Positions 1 through 19,128 of a stretch of DNA of 64,000 nucleotides are shown piece after piece. Source of the stretch: Amoebidium appalachense. Lineage: Eukaryota; Protista; Ichthyosporea. The stretch covers positions 8,770,164-8,834,163 of the forward strand of contig CAVNZM010000011.1 of assembly GCA_963693365.1 (NCBI GenBank), written 5' to 3'. The notes under the pieces were generated by a model. That model ran no database searches. It had not been told where the DNA came from and saw only the letters and a list, made by a program, of their open reading frames with translations. The position numbers and the translations under genes are program-made. Positions within the stretch are counted from its first letter, which is position 1, and every line of letters starts with the position of its first letter.

Positions 1-342
1 CCCCCACACACACACACACAAACACCCCCCCCCCCCCCCCCCCCCGCCCCACCCACTTCCATCGATATCTTCCCCCTCCCCCCAACCCTCCCCCACCCTC
101 CTCCAAAATCCCTTGCGGGCCATTTCATTCGGTCTCCCTTCTTACACACACGTTTCTACAAAAATAGAATACATCAACACGCCTACATTAACCCATGCAT
201 AACAAGTTTCAAACTCTTCTATCTCAAAAACATCGGGTGCACTTCGTAAGGTGTTGGGGGTTTATGGTGGTTAACTAGAAATCCGGGGGTCTGATTGGTC
301 TGCTTAAATTAAAGTCATGGCAGCCAATCAGAACCAGTATCT

Positions 343-577
343 TTAACCTCTTCAGGCCGGCAGCCGGCCAGCTCTAAACAGCTCTAAACAGCTCTAAACA
401 GGCTCAAAATCAATAGAAAAGGCTCAAATAAATTGTAGATATCGACACAAATGTGTCTTACCTACATACGTGTCTAAGTTGGTCTGGGGAAAATATCACT
501 ATTTCGTATACTTTAGTATCTGTTTCTGTGTTTGTGAAGTGACTATCTAGGGAAATTCGCCGGTATGAACAGGTTAA
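343..577. mobile_element. Non-autonomous piggyBac-like MITE (~230 bp), TTAA-flanked
   Basis: TTAA at 343-346 and 574-577; imperfect TIRs CCTCTTCAGGCCGGC (left) vs CCTGTTCATACCGGC (right, reverse complement); internal (CAGCTCTAAA)x3. Confidence 0.6.
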
Positions 578-591
578 ATCATGGCACCCAC

Positions 592-6377
<5,786 letters not shown>

Positions 6378-7552
6378 TTTCTATGTTTTTTAGAGAACTA
6401 GCAACTAGTTACAGTGATATCACACCGCTAGGTGCTTGAATTCTTTATGTGGCGGCGATCTAATATCTGTGTTCGCCAAAGGAAAGCGAAGAATGCTCGG
6501 GCCACTCGGGCAAAGAAGTAAACCACTCTCTCTCCAATCTGTCGGTTTTGCCAGCCGAACTATGCCCGTAACGGGCCCAACACGCTTATTGAGCCCAATA
6601 TCACTAATTCTAGCACAAAAGAACCATGGCACTAGTTGTTTCTGTTGACGTTTGTAGGCCTACAAGCACGTGTCGTTTGCAAAGATCTGAAGATGCTTGC
6701 CCACCGGATCCATCAGTAATGCTCATGAAGATCCCGCGCATTAGAGTTCCCCTCGCCCATAAACCCTTTCTTTAAACCCTGAGCCCTTTTTGTCTACTAA
6801 TTGTGTTCCTCTTTCGTTTCTAGGCTTTCTGTCAAAACATGAGATGTCTAATGGGCAAAGAAAAAGGAGAAAACGAAGAAACGGAACGGTTGTGCCGCGC
6901 GCGGCCGCTCACGGTTCCAAAATGGAATGATTGGTTGAACGATCTCAGTTAGTCAGCTGTGATTGGTCTACATAATTTTGGAACGATTACGTCACCTTCG
7001 CCGACTCGAGTCGGTGCGTCGCATGAAAGCAACCTTCCACAGATAGAGAGCCTTGCTCAAAAGCTTTCACCTTCTGCGTTGAGAAATATTCGTGCGGTAA
7101 ACTAAGATATTCAACATGTTTTTGGTAGGCGAGTTTTGGCTTTGCAGCTGCTCGATCTAGAATTTTGCAGTTCCCTGGGGCTGGTGTAATATGATTGGTC
7201 ACCTATAGTTCTTCCAATCAAGGCACAGATGACGAAGTGAGCCCGTCAAAGTTGCCGATGGCGCTAGCATGATTCATAGCCAACCATTCATCATTCTGTT
7301 ACGCCTTGGCCCACGAGCTCCTGCCACGCACACAACGGTTGACACGCACACGCAGGTGTGCATGTACATAAGCACGCACAGGCCCGCACGTGCACACGTA
7401 TGTACACAGTCACGCACGCACACGCGCACACAAAAGCACATACAAACACACGCAATCGCGCACACATACACATGTGCGCAAACGCACACGCACACGTACA
7501 GGCTCGCGCGCGAGAGATGCATGCGCGCCGCACACACGGTGACACAACACAC

Positions 7553-7649
<97 letters not shown>

Positions 7650-8114
7650 ACACACAACACACGCACACACACGTACACACACGCACACGCCGGGAGGCAC
7701 ACACACATGTACATGTACATGTACAGCTGCAGTGTCACACACCCACACACACGCATGCACACCGCACGAGAGATAGATACACACACGCACACACACACAC
7801 ACACACACACACGAGAGATGCACGCACATACACATACACACTCCGGTAACCGTTGAAAATTTAACGTGTTACCGTACTGCTGCAAACCGCACGCGCACAA
7901 TTTTTGTTTTTAAACAAAAACTACAGAATCGCACCAAGGCTCAGCACACATATCGAGGCCAAATAAATTTATAACGGTTACACGACCTGATGCCCATGGG
8001 TGCCCCTATGTACACACACAGTAGTGGCCATGTCTAAAATCATTCCCCGCTCTGTCACCGTGTCACTGACCAGTCTGGCATTTAATATATGCAGTCCCCC
8101 CTCGAGCTCCCCCG

Positions 8115-8145
<31 letters not shown>

Positions 8146-8212
8146 CCCCCCCTCCGCCCCCCCAAAAAAAGAAATTAAAAAAAGAAAACCGTTAACAATA
8201 AACACGCACGCG

Positions 8213-8253
<41 letters not shown>

Positions 8254-8257
8254 GCAC

Positions 8258-8290
<33 letters not shown>

Positions 8291-8548
8291 TGCAGTGCAC
8301 ACACAAAAAATAAAAAGGTGTGTTGACTAAAGTTCAGAATGTTGAATATCATTGAATACAGTGACATTGAATATTTATTGGTGACTTGTGGATGAATGTT
8401 GAATATCATTGAATACAGTGACTAATATTTATTATTACTTGTGGAGGACTTGCCCCTTCCGTCCTCCCCCCCCCCCCCCCCCCCCCCCCCAGGCCGGCCT
8501 CCCATCCTCCCCCCTTCTCCCCCCTCCCCCCACCCCCCCCCCCCCCCA

Positions 8549-8596
<48 letters not shown>

Positions 8597-8616
8597 CACA
8601 CGCACACACACGCACA

Positions 8617-8680
<64 letters not shown>

Positions 8681-9356
8681 CGATCGGGACGTCGATCGGG
8701 ACGGCATATAGTGTATACTAAAAAATAAAATATGTTTAAAATCTTGCTAAAATTAGAGCAGCCCCGGCTGCAGAGAAGGTAATATGAACACCAATTCTAA
8801 TAAACGTCACACTTTGGATTAGAACAGTTATATAAAAGGTTACCTTAGTAGGATTACAAGTAGAGCATAATACATTAACATCTCAGGGCTGATTACAAAG
8901 ATAAAAAATTAAAACGGTTAAGTAATAAGGTAAGGCCATAATCTCAGACAATACTAAATGGGTGAGTACACCTACGCCCCCGTGCTAACCTAAGGAGAGA
9001 GAGGCAAAGAATAAATAAATAAATAAGCTAAAAACACTACATATTGCTATACGGAGTCATATAAAACATGAGAATTAATGCATACCGTAAAAAGTAGTAG
9101 AGCAAAGAATTCATTATAATGATATATTATTAGGTAAATACAGGTGCGTGAAGAGCATAAGAATCACGTGCACGCGTGAGTTTGGCAAATCCACACACAC
9201 ACACGCACACACACACAAAAAAAAAAAAATACACACAAAGCATTCCCCTTACCTTGGCCCTCCGAGAACCTCCCCCCCCCCCCTCCCCCCCTCCTTCCCC
9301 TCCCCCCCCCCCCCCCCCCCCCCTTCAAAAACACACGCGCGTGCACACACCCACAT

Positions 9357-10006
9357 CTACACCTCAGGTTTCACAGCCTCATAAATGTCAATATTGTAAA
9401 TCCCCTTCTCCAAATCACGCCCCTTACAATATACCTCGAAAAACGGACGCGAATAATCCGCTTCATGCCCTTCCATCTTCCGAACCAACTCGGTCACTTC
9501 TGACCACGATTTCATGTTCTCAGTCTGTCTCGCTCCCTTGTATTCCTTGACAGCGTATAATCCCGCAGGAATGATTTCTGTTTCTATTTCTCCTTTTCCA
9601 ACTGTTCCCATCGGGACGACAAGGGAGGCGCCGGCTGCGAGCCCCTTGCCGACCGGTGTTTGCATGAGGTAGATCATGAGTTCACACACACACACTCTCT
9701 CTCTCTCTGTGTGTGTGTGTGTATGGGAAAGAGAGGGGGGAGGGTGGGGGGCGTGGGGGAGGAAGATAGAGAGAGGGACGTGGCCCAGGGGGGAGGTGGG
9801 GGGGGGAAGTACACATGCATGTGTGTGTGTGTGTGTGTGTCAGTCATGTGTGTATGAGGAGGAGGGGCCCGGTGGTGGTGGTGGTGGTGGTGGTGGTGTG
9901 GGGGGGGGGGGGGGGGGGGGGGGGGGGGTAAGAATGGGTGTTTATTAGTGTGTTGGGGGACTCCTACGATTAGCATGAACGCCTTTGTGTGGGAGGGGGA
10001 GAAACA

Positions 10007-10051
<45 letters not shown>

Positions 10052-10438
10052 GGGGGGTTGCAGTTGACAGTACCAAGTACAAATCCACCACTGCTGTATA
10101 GTTACGTGTGTATAGTTACGTGTGTATAGTTACGTGTGTATGCCAAACAGAGTACACACAACGTAAATGATCAACAGGGGGAACGCAAGTGGGGAGGGGA
10201 GGGGGGCGGGGGGAGGGGGGGGGGGGGGAGAGAGAGAAGGGGGAGCCAGGTTCTTACGAGGGTGTAATTTTAACTGCTAGGAGCGAATAACAAGCCTGGT
10301 AAGAGTAGACGTTTTAGAATAAGAAAGGAGAGAGAGGAGGGGGGGAGGGGAGGGAGGGGGGAGGAGTGGCGAAGGAAAGTTGCCATAACAGGTGTTTTGG
10401 TCGTTCAGGAGAGTGTAGCCCCGTGGCGGGCGGGGGGT

Positions 10439-10481
<43 letters not shown>

Positions 10482-10642
10482 GCTGGAATGCAGAACACTG
10501 AACTTAGTACAACTGAAGTCTGAGAGACACTGTGCAGGGCACATGCAAAAGCCAACACACTATTGTGCAACAAAGCACGGGGGAGGGGGGAGGGGGGAGG
10601 GGGGGGGAGAGGGGGGATTGGGGTGTGTGTGTGTGGGTGGGT

Positions 10643-10693
<51 letters not shown>

Positions 10694-10794
10694 TGGAAGA
10701 ACACGAGCACACGCAACAGCATACTGGAGTCTATGAATATATCCATAGACTCGCACACTTGAAAACTTCCGAACACTTTAGAATACGTCAACAT
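9357..10794 (-). pseudogene. Tandem paralogue of the GyrI-like gene: intact exon 2 copy, frameshifted exon 1 relic
   Basis: 9683-9357 is open (ELMIYLMQ...IIPAGLYAV...RPFFEVY...DIYEAVKPEV*) and clearly homologous to 13154-12816. 10794-10692 reads MLTYSKVF/[7-nt deletion]/KFSSVRVYGYIHRLQYAVA versus [31 protein letters not shown], then runs into poly-C with no obvious donor. Confidence 0.7.
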
Positions 10795-10924
10795 GCCCTT
10801 TGTATCCCCCCCTCCCCCCCCCCCCCCCCCCCCATCTCTCTCTCTCTCTCCCCCCCCCCCCCCCCCCCCCCCCTCCCCTTCCCCCTCCCTCCCCTTACAC
10901 CTCCCCCCCAGAGTCAACCTGCTC

Positions 10925-11255
10925 CGAGCAGAATTTGTCACAGAATTATTCAGCAAAAGCAACAAAATTATTTTGCAGAATAATGCAACAAAATTAATCT
11001 ATGTACTAAAAGCAGAATTATTTTGCTAGAAGCAAATTTACACATTCTGCTGCCGGGGGCAGACTGAATTATTCTGCCTTCTGCCGAATGATTCTGCTAA
11101 AAGCATCAGGATCATTCTGCTAAGAAGCAAAATGATTTTTCTTGAAACAGAATAACTCAGCTTTTGCAGAATAATTCTGCTTTAAACAGAATAACTCTGC
11201 TTTTGCAGACTACTTCTGCTTTTAACAGAATATTCAGCGGAATTTTTCTGCATTG
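10925..11255. repeat. Degenerate array of palindromic GCAGAATAATTCTGC-like units
   Basis: About a dozen variants such as CAGAATTATTCAGC, GCAGAATTATTTTGC, GCAGAATAATTCTGC and CAGAATAACTCTGC. Confidence 0.75.
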
Positions 11256-11604
11256 TTATCTGAATTATCCCTCCCCCCCTCTCCCCCCAAACACACGTGC
11301 ACACACACCCATGTACACATACACACGCACGTGCGCGTACACACATGCACACATGCACACACACACACACACCTTCCCCTGGACATGTGTGTGATCTGTA
11401 TATCATTGTTGAACTGCCACGGTGATGGTGTCGTAGTAAGAGCACAAACCTTCTCCACCCTTTCACTGCTTCCAGCTACCGGTCACATTGCACCAATTTG
11501 AAAGCAAAAAAAATCTCTTTCAGATTTGAACCCCGTGACTCCGGATTCCAAACAATCATGCCCCCCGCCCACAATCCCTTCCTCCTCCCTCCCCTCCCCC
11601 CCCC

Positions 11605-11635
<31 letters not shown>

Positions 11636-11883
11636 ACACCCTCCATCCCTTCCCGGACCCCCACCCTCCTCTTCCCCTGCCTTCCCGTTCCTCCCTCTCA
11701 GTGGTACCTGGGCACACAAAGGTACAAACACACCATACATACCCCCCCCCCCCCCCCCCCCCTCCTCCGAGCCGTTGATCGGCCAGAGAATTTGTGGTTC
11801 CCACTCGAATGCCCATGATAATCATACTAAGCACAGGGAACCCCGAATTTGCAATTGAAAACTTTGTTACACCGATTATGTTG

Positions 11884-11953
<70 letters not shown>

Positions 11954-12508
11954 TATGCATTCGCTTGTGCATGTGCAAGTGCGCACGGTGTGCGTGTTTT
12001 TGCAATAACCTCCGGGCAAAAACAATGAACTCATATTCATGTCTGCTTTGCTCAAGTGAGACATTACTAATAATGTCCTAACACTAAATTCTACATTTAT
12101 GTATAGTACAAAAGAAAATGTCACAAAGTTTAAACTTTCCACATTCCGAGGTGGTCCCAACCAGCAAACCTGAAGAGATCAGACAATAATTTCACACACA
12201 CGTATAGCTACATAGTATTTATTATCCATCTACTACCTATTCTTATTGAACATTATCTACTTCCTATATATATACATTATCACTCTGTTACAGATACACC
12301 AGCGAGCGATGCACAAACACGCACACACACGGGACTACCCCGCCAAAACATCCTTTCCGTCTCTTTTTCACACACACTACAGTGATGGCAAACAAACACG
12401 CAAAAACGTGTGCGCGGACAGACACACAAGCACACACACACACACACACCCTGACACTATCACAAACCCCATAACCGAAGGTGCTTGTCACCAACAGTTA
12501 CGAGCTGG

Positions 12509-12541
<33 letters not shown>

Positions 12542-12622
12542 ACAAAAACAAAAAAAAAAAAAAAAACGCGCGCGCGCGCGCACACACGCACACACGCACA
12601 CACGCACACACACACACAAAAG

Positions 12623-12653
<31 letters not shown>

Positions 12654-12815
12654 ACACCCCCACCCACACACAGAAAAAAAAAGAAAAATTAACCAGTAAA
12701 GATCAATCAATAAATGAAAAACGGAACAAAACAACATGACAAGGATGCCGTACTGCACGGGCACACGAAGGCTCAAACCAACCACATATCCACCTCCCCT
12801 CCACTCGACCCGTAC

Positions 12816-13152
12816 TCACACCCCCTTCTTCGGTTTCACAGGCTCATAAATGTCAACATGAAAAATCCTCTTTTCATACAGACTATCAGCATGATACCAC
12901 TCAAAACACGGCCGTGTTTCATCCATTTCATACCCTTCCATCTCTTTCACCGCCCCCATCGTTTGGTCCCACGCCATTTTGAACCCGTCCTGGGGAACCG
13001 CTTTGTGTTCTCCGACGGCGTATAAACCGGCGGGAATGATTTGTGTTTGTATTTCTTCGTTTCCTACTGTGTCCATTGAAACGACGAACCCCGCGTCCGT
13101 CGCCATCCCGGGACCCTTTTCGGGCGTTTCCATCATGTATATCATGAGCTCA

Positions 13153-13232
<80 letters not shown>

Positions 13233-13498
13233 GCGACCAAGTTATTCAATGGGGGTATGTGTGCAGGGCAAACAAATGTGGGGATGGGGGAGGTGTGATT
13301 GGACGTGTGTGTGCCAGTGTGTATGTGTGTACGTGCCTGAACGCAGGTATGTGTGGGCTGCTAATGGGTATGTGTGTGTGTTTGTGTCGTGGGGAGGGAG
13401 AGAGAGGGGGGGGCGGGGGAGGGGGTGGGGGGGGGAAGGGATGATGGATGGATGCATAAGTGTGAAGGTATGGCTGTGTGTGGGCGGGCACGTGGTGG

Positions 13499-13566
<68 letters not shown>

Positions 13567-14835
13567 CTGTGTCTGTGAACATGAGGGTGCATACAGACGT
13601 GTGCCTGTAACCAGGCATACGGTGCTTGGATGTGTAGGGAACCATAGACCGGGGCACAGGGGGGGTTGGGGAGAGAGAGGGGGGGGGGGGGGGGGGGGGG
13701 GGAGGGTATTCGAGCTTTCAACGGGGTGTGGCGGTTGGAGAGGAGAGATGCTAAGGGGTACAAGTAAAGAAACTAAGAGATAAAGGGAAGAAGAAGCAGG
13801 AAGTAGAAGGAGGAGGGTTTAGATTGTCCAGCATCCAAGGGGATTTCTGTGAAGAAGAAACAGGGGAGGGGGGGGGGGGGGGGGGGGGGGAGGCCAAAGC
13901 GTGCCGTGTGCATAACAGCAAAGCAGGGCATCTTGACTGGTAAAGCAGTCAAAGAGAGTAAGCCTCCCCCTCTCCCCCTCCCTGCCCCCCCTTCCCCACC
14001 CCTCCACCGCTCACAGCTCCTCTTCCCCCTCCCCCCGCACACACATGCAGACACCGGTCAGCCAGAAACCACCAAGAGACACACACAGCACAAAACAGCC
14101 ACCCCGAAGTATTGTCAACTATCACACCTTCTCTCCTTTCCGTCCCCCCCCCCCCCCCCCCCCCCCCCCCCACCTCCCCCCCACCTCTTTCCCGCAGCCT
14201 CTCTCCCTCCTCCGCAAGAAACAAAAAAAAAAGTGGAGGAACCTGCAGTGTGTAGGCATCACAGGTGTTTGAAAATCATTCCCTCACACCGACAGCATCG
14301 TTACACTCAAACGGAATATAAAGCTCAAGCTTGTGTAAGTTCTTCAATATCAAAAGCAACGCGCACGGAATCCCACCGACTGGAATGAAATCCGCCTCCC
14401 TATTCATGTATGAAAGGTGTTCTGTGTGAGGGTGAAGCATCATAGAGCCGGGACAAAAATAGAAGCCAGTAGCCTGCAGAGGTGAAGGAAGGCTATGGGA
14501 TGCCTCGCCGTATGTATGAGGAAGAAGGAGGGGAGGAAGGGGGTGGCGGTATGTGTCTGTGGTGGGGGGAGAAAGGGGGAAGAGGGGGAGGGGGGAAGGG
14601 AGGGAGCGAACAGAGGGAAGAATGGGTGAAGAGGGGGAAGGAGGGGGGGGGGGGGGGGGGGGGTGGAGTTGCTTAAAGGGCAGAAGTCACTCACCCCGGG
14701 CGTGATGTTCTCGATCTTAGCCCAAGCAAAGAGCTTTCCATATGCCTCCCCGTACTGCTTGCTGTCTCCAAACGGACCGTAGACACGAATGCAAGCAATC
14801 TTGGTTTCGGGGAACTCTTTCAGTGTGACCTCCAT
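12816..14835 (-). CDS. GyrI-like small-molecule-binding domain protein (SbmC/AraC effector-binding fold), 159 aa, 2 exons
   Basis: Exon 1 14835-14695 (accATGG start; [21 protein letters not shown]...GKLFAWAK, donor GTGAGT, phase 0) and exon 2 13154-12816 (cacag|NELMIY...[13 protein letters not shown]...AW...RPCFEWY...DIYEPVK). Motifs and length match the GyrI-like family. Confidence 0.88.
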
Positions 14836-15224
14836 GGTGAATGTTTGCTGTACTTTCCCCGGTGTTGGATGTTCAGGTAGAAATTCTCAGGTTTGTATCA
14901 GCTATGTGTTGTTGCTGTGCTGTTTTCTGTGTGTTTGTAGTTCAAAACTTGTTGCTGCAGCTCTTATCGTGACTTTCACGTTCACGCTCTCGTCATGCTT
15001 TTTGCCTGCCTCAATCTTGCTCAAGTGCCTACTTTTCTTTGTTTTGGAGCATATGCTCCATAACATGCATCTCTTTAACAAAAGCGTTTCTGAAACCTAC
15101 GCTTTTACTGTATCACTATCACTTCCCACATGTCTTACACGAAATCTTTCTTTCCCTGCCTCTTTGATTTGCGTTTTCTTCGTTCTGTCCCTCTCTTTTC
15201 TTTTTTCGTCGGCCGAGCCGGATG

Positions 15225-15320
15225 AGCCAATTTCCATTAATGGTAACGTGAAACGTATAACGATTGGTGCATGAGAAGAATTGTTTTATTATTGGTTCAA
15301 AGTCCCTTTGGCGGGAAAAA
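15225..15320. promoter_or_regulatory. Candidate promoter core between divergent genes: CCAAT boxes, E2F-type site and CHR-like hexamer
   Basis: CCAAT/ATTGG at ~15227, 15263 and 15291; TTCAAA 15296-15301 (TTTGAA on -); TTTGGCGGGAAA 15307-15318. Lies between ATGs at 14835(-) and 15757(+). Confidence 0.45.
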
Positions 15321-15756
15321 GTCTGATATCACGTCGGGCCCTGGGAGAAATTTTTCGAGTCAAGCCTCAGTCTTTTCTTCCGCTCAATTGCAAGTTCACC
15401 TGCCCTCCGAGTTTTTCACTCTCGCTCCAACTAAAACACTGTTCTTGAGGGGAAAGGGGTACTTATATAGCAACTGGTGTAATGAACACCGAGACGAGAA
15501 GAGATATGTGACCCATTTCACATCTAAGCACACACAGAGTTGAACAAACCAGGCTCTGGTTTCATGGCAGGATCCGGTTTAGTTTACAGAGAGGTCGAAC
15601 CAAATAGGAAAGCGAAAGGGCTGGTTCCGAGCGACCAATAATCCCATTTACTTTTCAGACTCAGTTGGGAGCAGTGGAAAGGTGAAAGAGCTAGCTCTCA
15701 TCGCCCCAATAAGATTGGGTACATCGGAATGGTTCATAGCATCTTTTGTTCGAAAT

Positions 15757-16198
15757 ATGGGTTCTGTAGTAGTTGAAACTGAGGTCATCCCTGAGGGGAA
15801 AGCCAACGACATTGTTCAAGAGACTGAGGAGGAGGAGGAGGAGGAAGAGTCTGAAGATGACACCGTTTACCTGGACCAGGTATGATGTAAAGCATTCTTG
15901 TTCTTAGTTACTTTTTAGGTATTCTTAGGTATTCTAGCCACGGCTTATTGTAGCCTACAAGGTACAAGATTGGTAAGTCTGACGTCATAAGAGCTCAAAG
16001 ACGGTAACCCAGTCTCGATGATCATTATAAATTGCTGGACCACACGATGGATGCACGGTGCAATTTTCTTAGAAGCACGATAAACCCATCAAGCTGCACG
16101 GCACATTATACCACATGTGCACATCTGTTTCTTTGGCTAACGAATCCCTCCCCCCCTCCCCCCCCCTCCACCCCCCTCCCCCCACCCCCCCCCCCCGG

Positions 16199-16236
<38 letters not shown>

Positions 16237-16263
16237 TCTCTCTCTCTCTCTCTCCCCCTCTCC

Positions 16264-16298
<35 letters not shown>

Positions 16299-18569
16299 CC
16301 CTCCCCCCCCCCCTCTCTCTTTCCCCCCCCCCCCCCTTTTCCCCCCTCCCATATTCTCCAGGAGCTGCCTGTGCGCGAGCCTCCAGACAACTACTACGAG
16401 GACGTGCTCTGGTTCGCAAACACAACTGTGGCGGAGATGCGAGCCATACAGGACACCCTTGCACGACAGGCACGGAAGGTTGGTGTTGGATGTTTTGTGT
16501 TTGATGTTTTGTTTCTTGTTTATATTGCTTTTTATCGTATCGTATGTACCCTTTCCATATACTTCCCGGAAAGTTCACACAAGTGCACCCGTACAAAGTT
16601 GTTTGGGCAAATTGAAGTACGTGGCTCCGTGCTATGGTTGTTGAGAAGGTTGAGGTGTTAACGTCGGGTGTTGGGCTGGATATCGATGTGTGGGGAATGG
16701 CTTTGGCCGGTTGAACACCCAGCATGGGGGGGGAAGGGGGGGAGGGGAGGTGAGGTGAAAGAGAGGGGGAGAAAAAGAGGCAGAATATTTGGGAGGGGGA
16801 AGAGAGAAAGGCCAGAAGATTAAGAGAACAGACTGAGATTAAGAGGGAGACATGGGGGGGTTAGAGGGGGAGAAAGAGGCCTGGGGTTGGGGGGAGCAAG
16901 AGACCCGGAATTTAAGGGAGGGGGGGATGAGGGCGGGAACGGGGAGAGAGAGAATCCTGGGAGCGGGGTGGGGAGGGGGGAAGGGATGGAGGTGGGGATA
17001 CAGCGCCAGTTTGTGTAAGGATCTCTAGGCTAATTTATCCAAAGTTGCCCACCGAGTACAGCCATCACTAACACTTAACCCGATGCACAGTATCCCAACA
17101 ACAACCGTTTCTTCCGTGTCAACAAACCAGCACACATCATAAAAGCGGCAGCCGCGGCTAAACATAAGCCACTCCCCACGCTCCCGTACAAGCTATGGGT
17201 TAAGCACCCATCTTCTAAAACATCGCCGGCAGGCTGCACCGCGGCCTGCACGTGGCTACCCCCTCCAAAGCCTCTTTCGCCCCATTCCCTGGCGACTGAA
17301 GACAACAACATCACCACAAGTGAAAACTGCGATGTCGGTCGAGACACTCGTAACAGAGCGGGCGAAAACACAAACAAACCCCCAGCCATGTTTTGCGCTC
17401 CTCCCACAGCCACAGGTTGCGAAGATTCGCAAGAATGCACCGTTCCATCAATGAGCCCATCGACTTCACCTGCCATGAGCGAAAAAGACGACAAAAACAC
17501 GAACACGGTTACGAGCAAAGACGAGTCCGATTCAGAACACACACCTAGAACATCTCCACGTCTCTCATCTCGCCGTGTTGCTGTACCATCGATCGAAAAA
17601 CAACAACGAAACGCACCCAACGCAGCTACCAAGCGCGAGAGAACGAATGTTCAACCATCCAAGGTAGTCGAGCGCACCACGGCACCTTCTACAGTCATCA
17701 CCTCAGGCAAACCCTCAGCCAAACCCGTAGGGAAACTACACAAACCCAAAACGAAAGTACAATTGAAACGAACTGTGAAAACACACACCCGTTGGAGTGC
17801 CAGAAAACCCGCCGCCGCCTTTACCAACTGCCCTGGTCGTAATGGTCGCAAACATCCAACCAGAGGGAACGGAAAAGCGCCCACCACCCCAACCGGAGGC
17901 TCCACAACCAAAAACACCGACAATAAGACAAACGTCTCGGAGAGATCGAACAAGAAGAAAGTAGGAAACCACGATTTCCCAACCAAGCAACCCGCCGCCC
18001 CTGTTGCCAAAAAGTCACACAAAAAACAACCGTCTCACAGCTTTGCCGACACTCAACCTCGCGAGAGCAAGCATAAACGCCCGGATTCCCCCTCTACACG
18101 TGAACTACGAGCAAACAAGCGGGTAAAGAGTGAAAGCAAGACGGATGCTCCACCCGAGAGCCACAAGACTCAGAGCAACGTTAGCAACAAGGAGAGATAT
18201 GAAGAGGGGGTGAAATGCGATAGAAGCAAGACCCGTAAGAGAACCGGAAAAAGGGAAATAGAGTCTAGTGGAGAGGAAGAGAGAGTGTCAAGCGCGAAAG
18301 AGGCCAAGAAAAGCCATAAGAGACGTGCAAATGGGAATGGCGAAAAGCAAGAAAACGAGACCTGCGGTGTGAACGGAAAGAGGAGTTGCAAGGCTAAGGG
18401 GTATCATATCGTGTCGGAGTCAGATGAATCTGATGGAACCGTACGGGACTACACCATGTCGGCAGATTCACTCTTGGAGATGGCATTGAGGGCGGACAAC
18501 GAAGAAGCTTTGAGTACGTTGCTTGAAGTGCTCGGGGGACCTCGCCAGAAGCGTTCCTGCCGTCGCTAG
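15757..18569 (+). CDS. Uncharacterised ~572-aa protein with acidic N-terminus and long Lys/Ser/Thr-rich disordered region
   Basis: Phase-0 exons 15757-15879 (donor GTATGA), 16362-16478 and 17091-18569 (branch point CACTAAC, acceptor cacag); exon 3 is in frame with the 393-aa ORF at 17388. No family recognised. Confidence 0.72.
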
Positions 18570-19073
18570 AAAACATGTGTAGTGAACTGTGGGCGGAGGC
18601 AGGGCGAGAGAGAAGGGAGGGGGAGGGGGGGGGGGGGGGGGGAGGTCTACGTGTAGTAACTGTACATGTAGATAGGAATTCGTGTAGTAATACCACGTCA
18701 TTGACTTTGGTGTGTGAGTTGTAGTTTCAACTGGAAAGGCTATCGCACTCTTGAATTAGTGGTGTCTATAACCAGAGAGATATTATTAAGCTTTATTTGA
18801 GGAAGAGCTGTGCTGTATCTACTGAAATGCAAGATGTGTGTGACACGTGATAAGTTTTGGTTTTGACAACGTGTCGAATGTTTGTCAGACGGCCAACACG
18901 TATTCGGCTTCCTTCTGGCCTTTCTAAGTCCCTTCTTCCCTTCCCCATCATCTCTAGAGCTTGAAAGTCATACAGAACCCCATTTGCCCTAGAGCTTTCC
19001 ACATAGATCCAACCAACCAACAGCACGTTCCAAACTGCCATTGCAAACTTCATGGAGTGTAGTGTGTGGGGCG

Positions 19074-19128
<55 letters not shown>

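Noticed and set aside
10925-11255. Palindromic repeats as a CRISPR array
   Set aside because: Units are degenerate and irregularly spaced, with no uniform spacers or cas genes, in a eukaryotic context.
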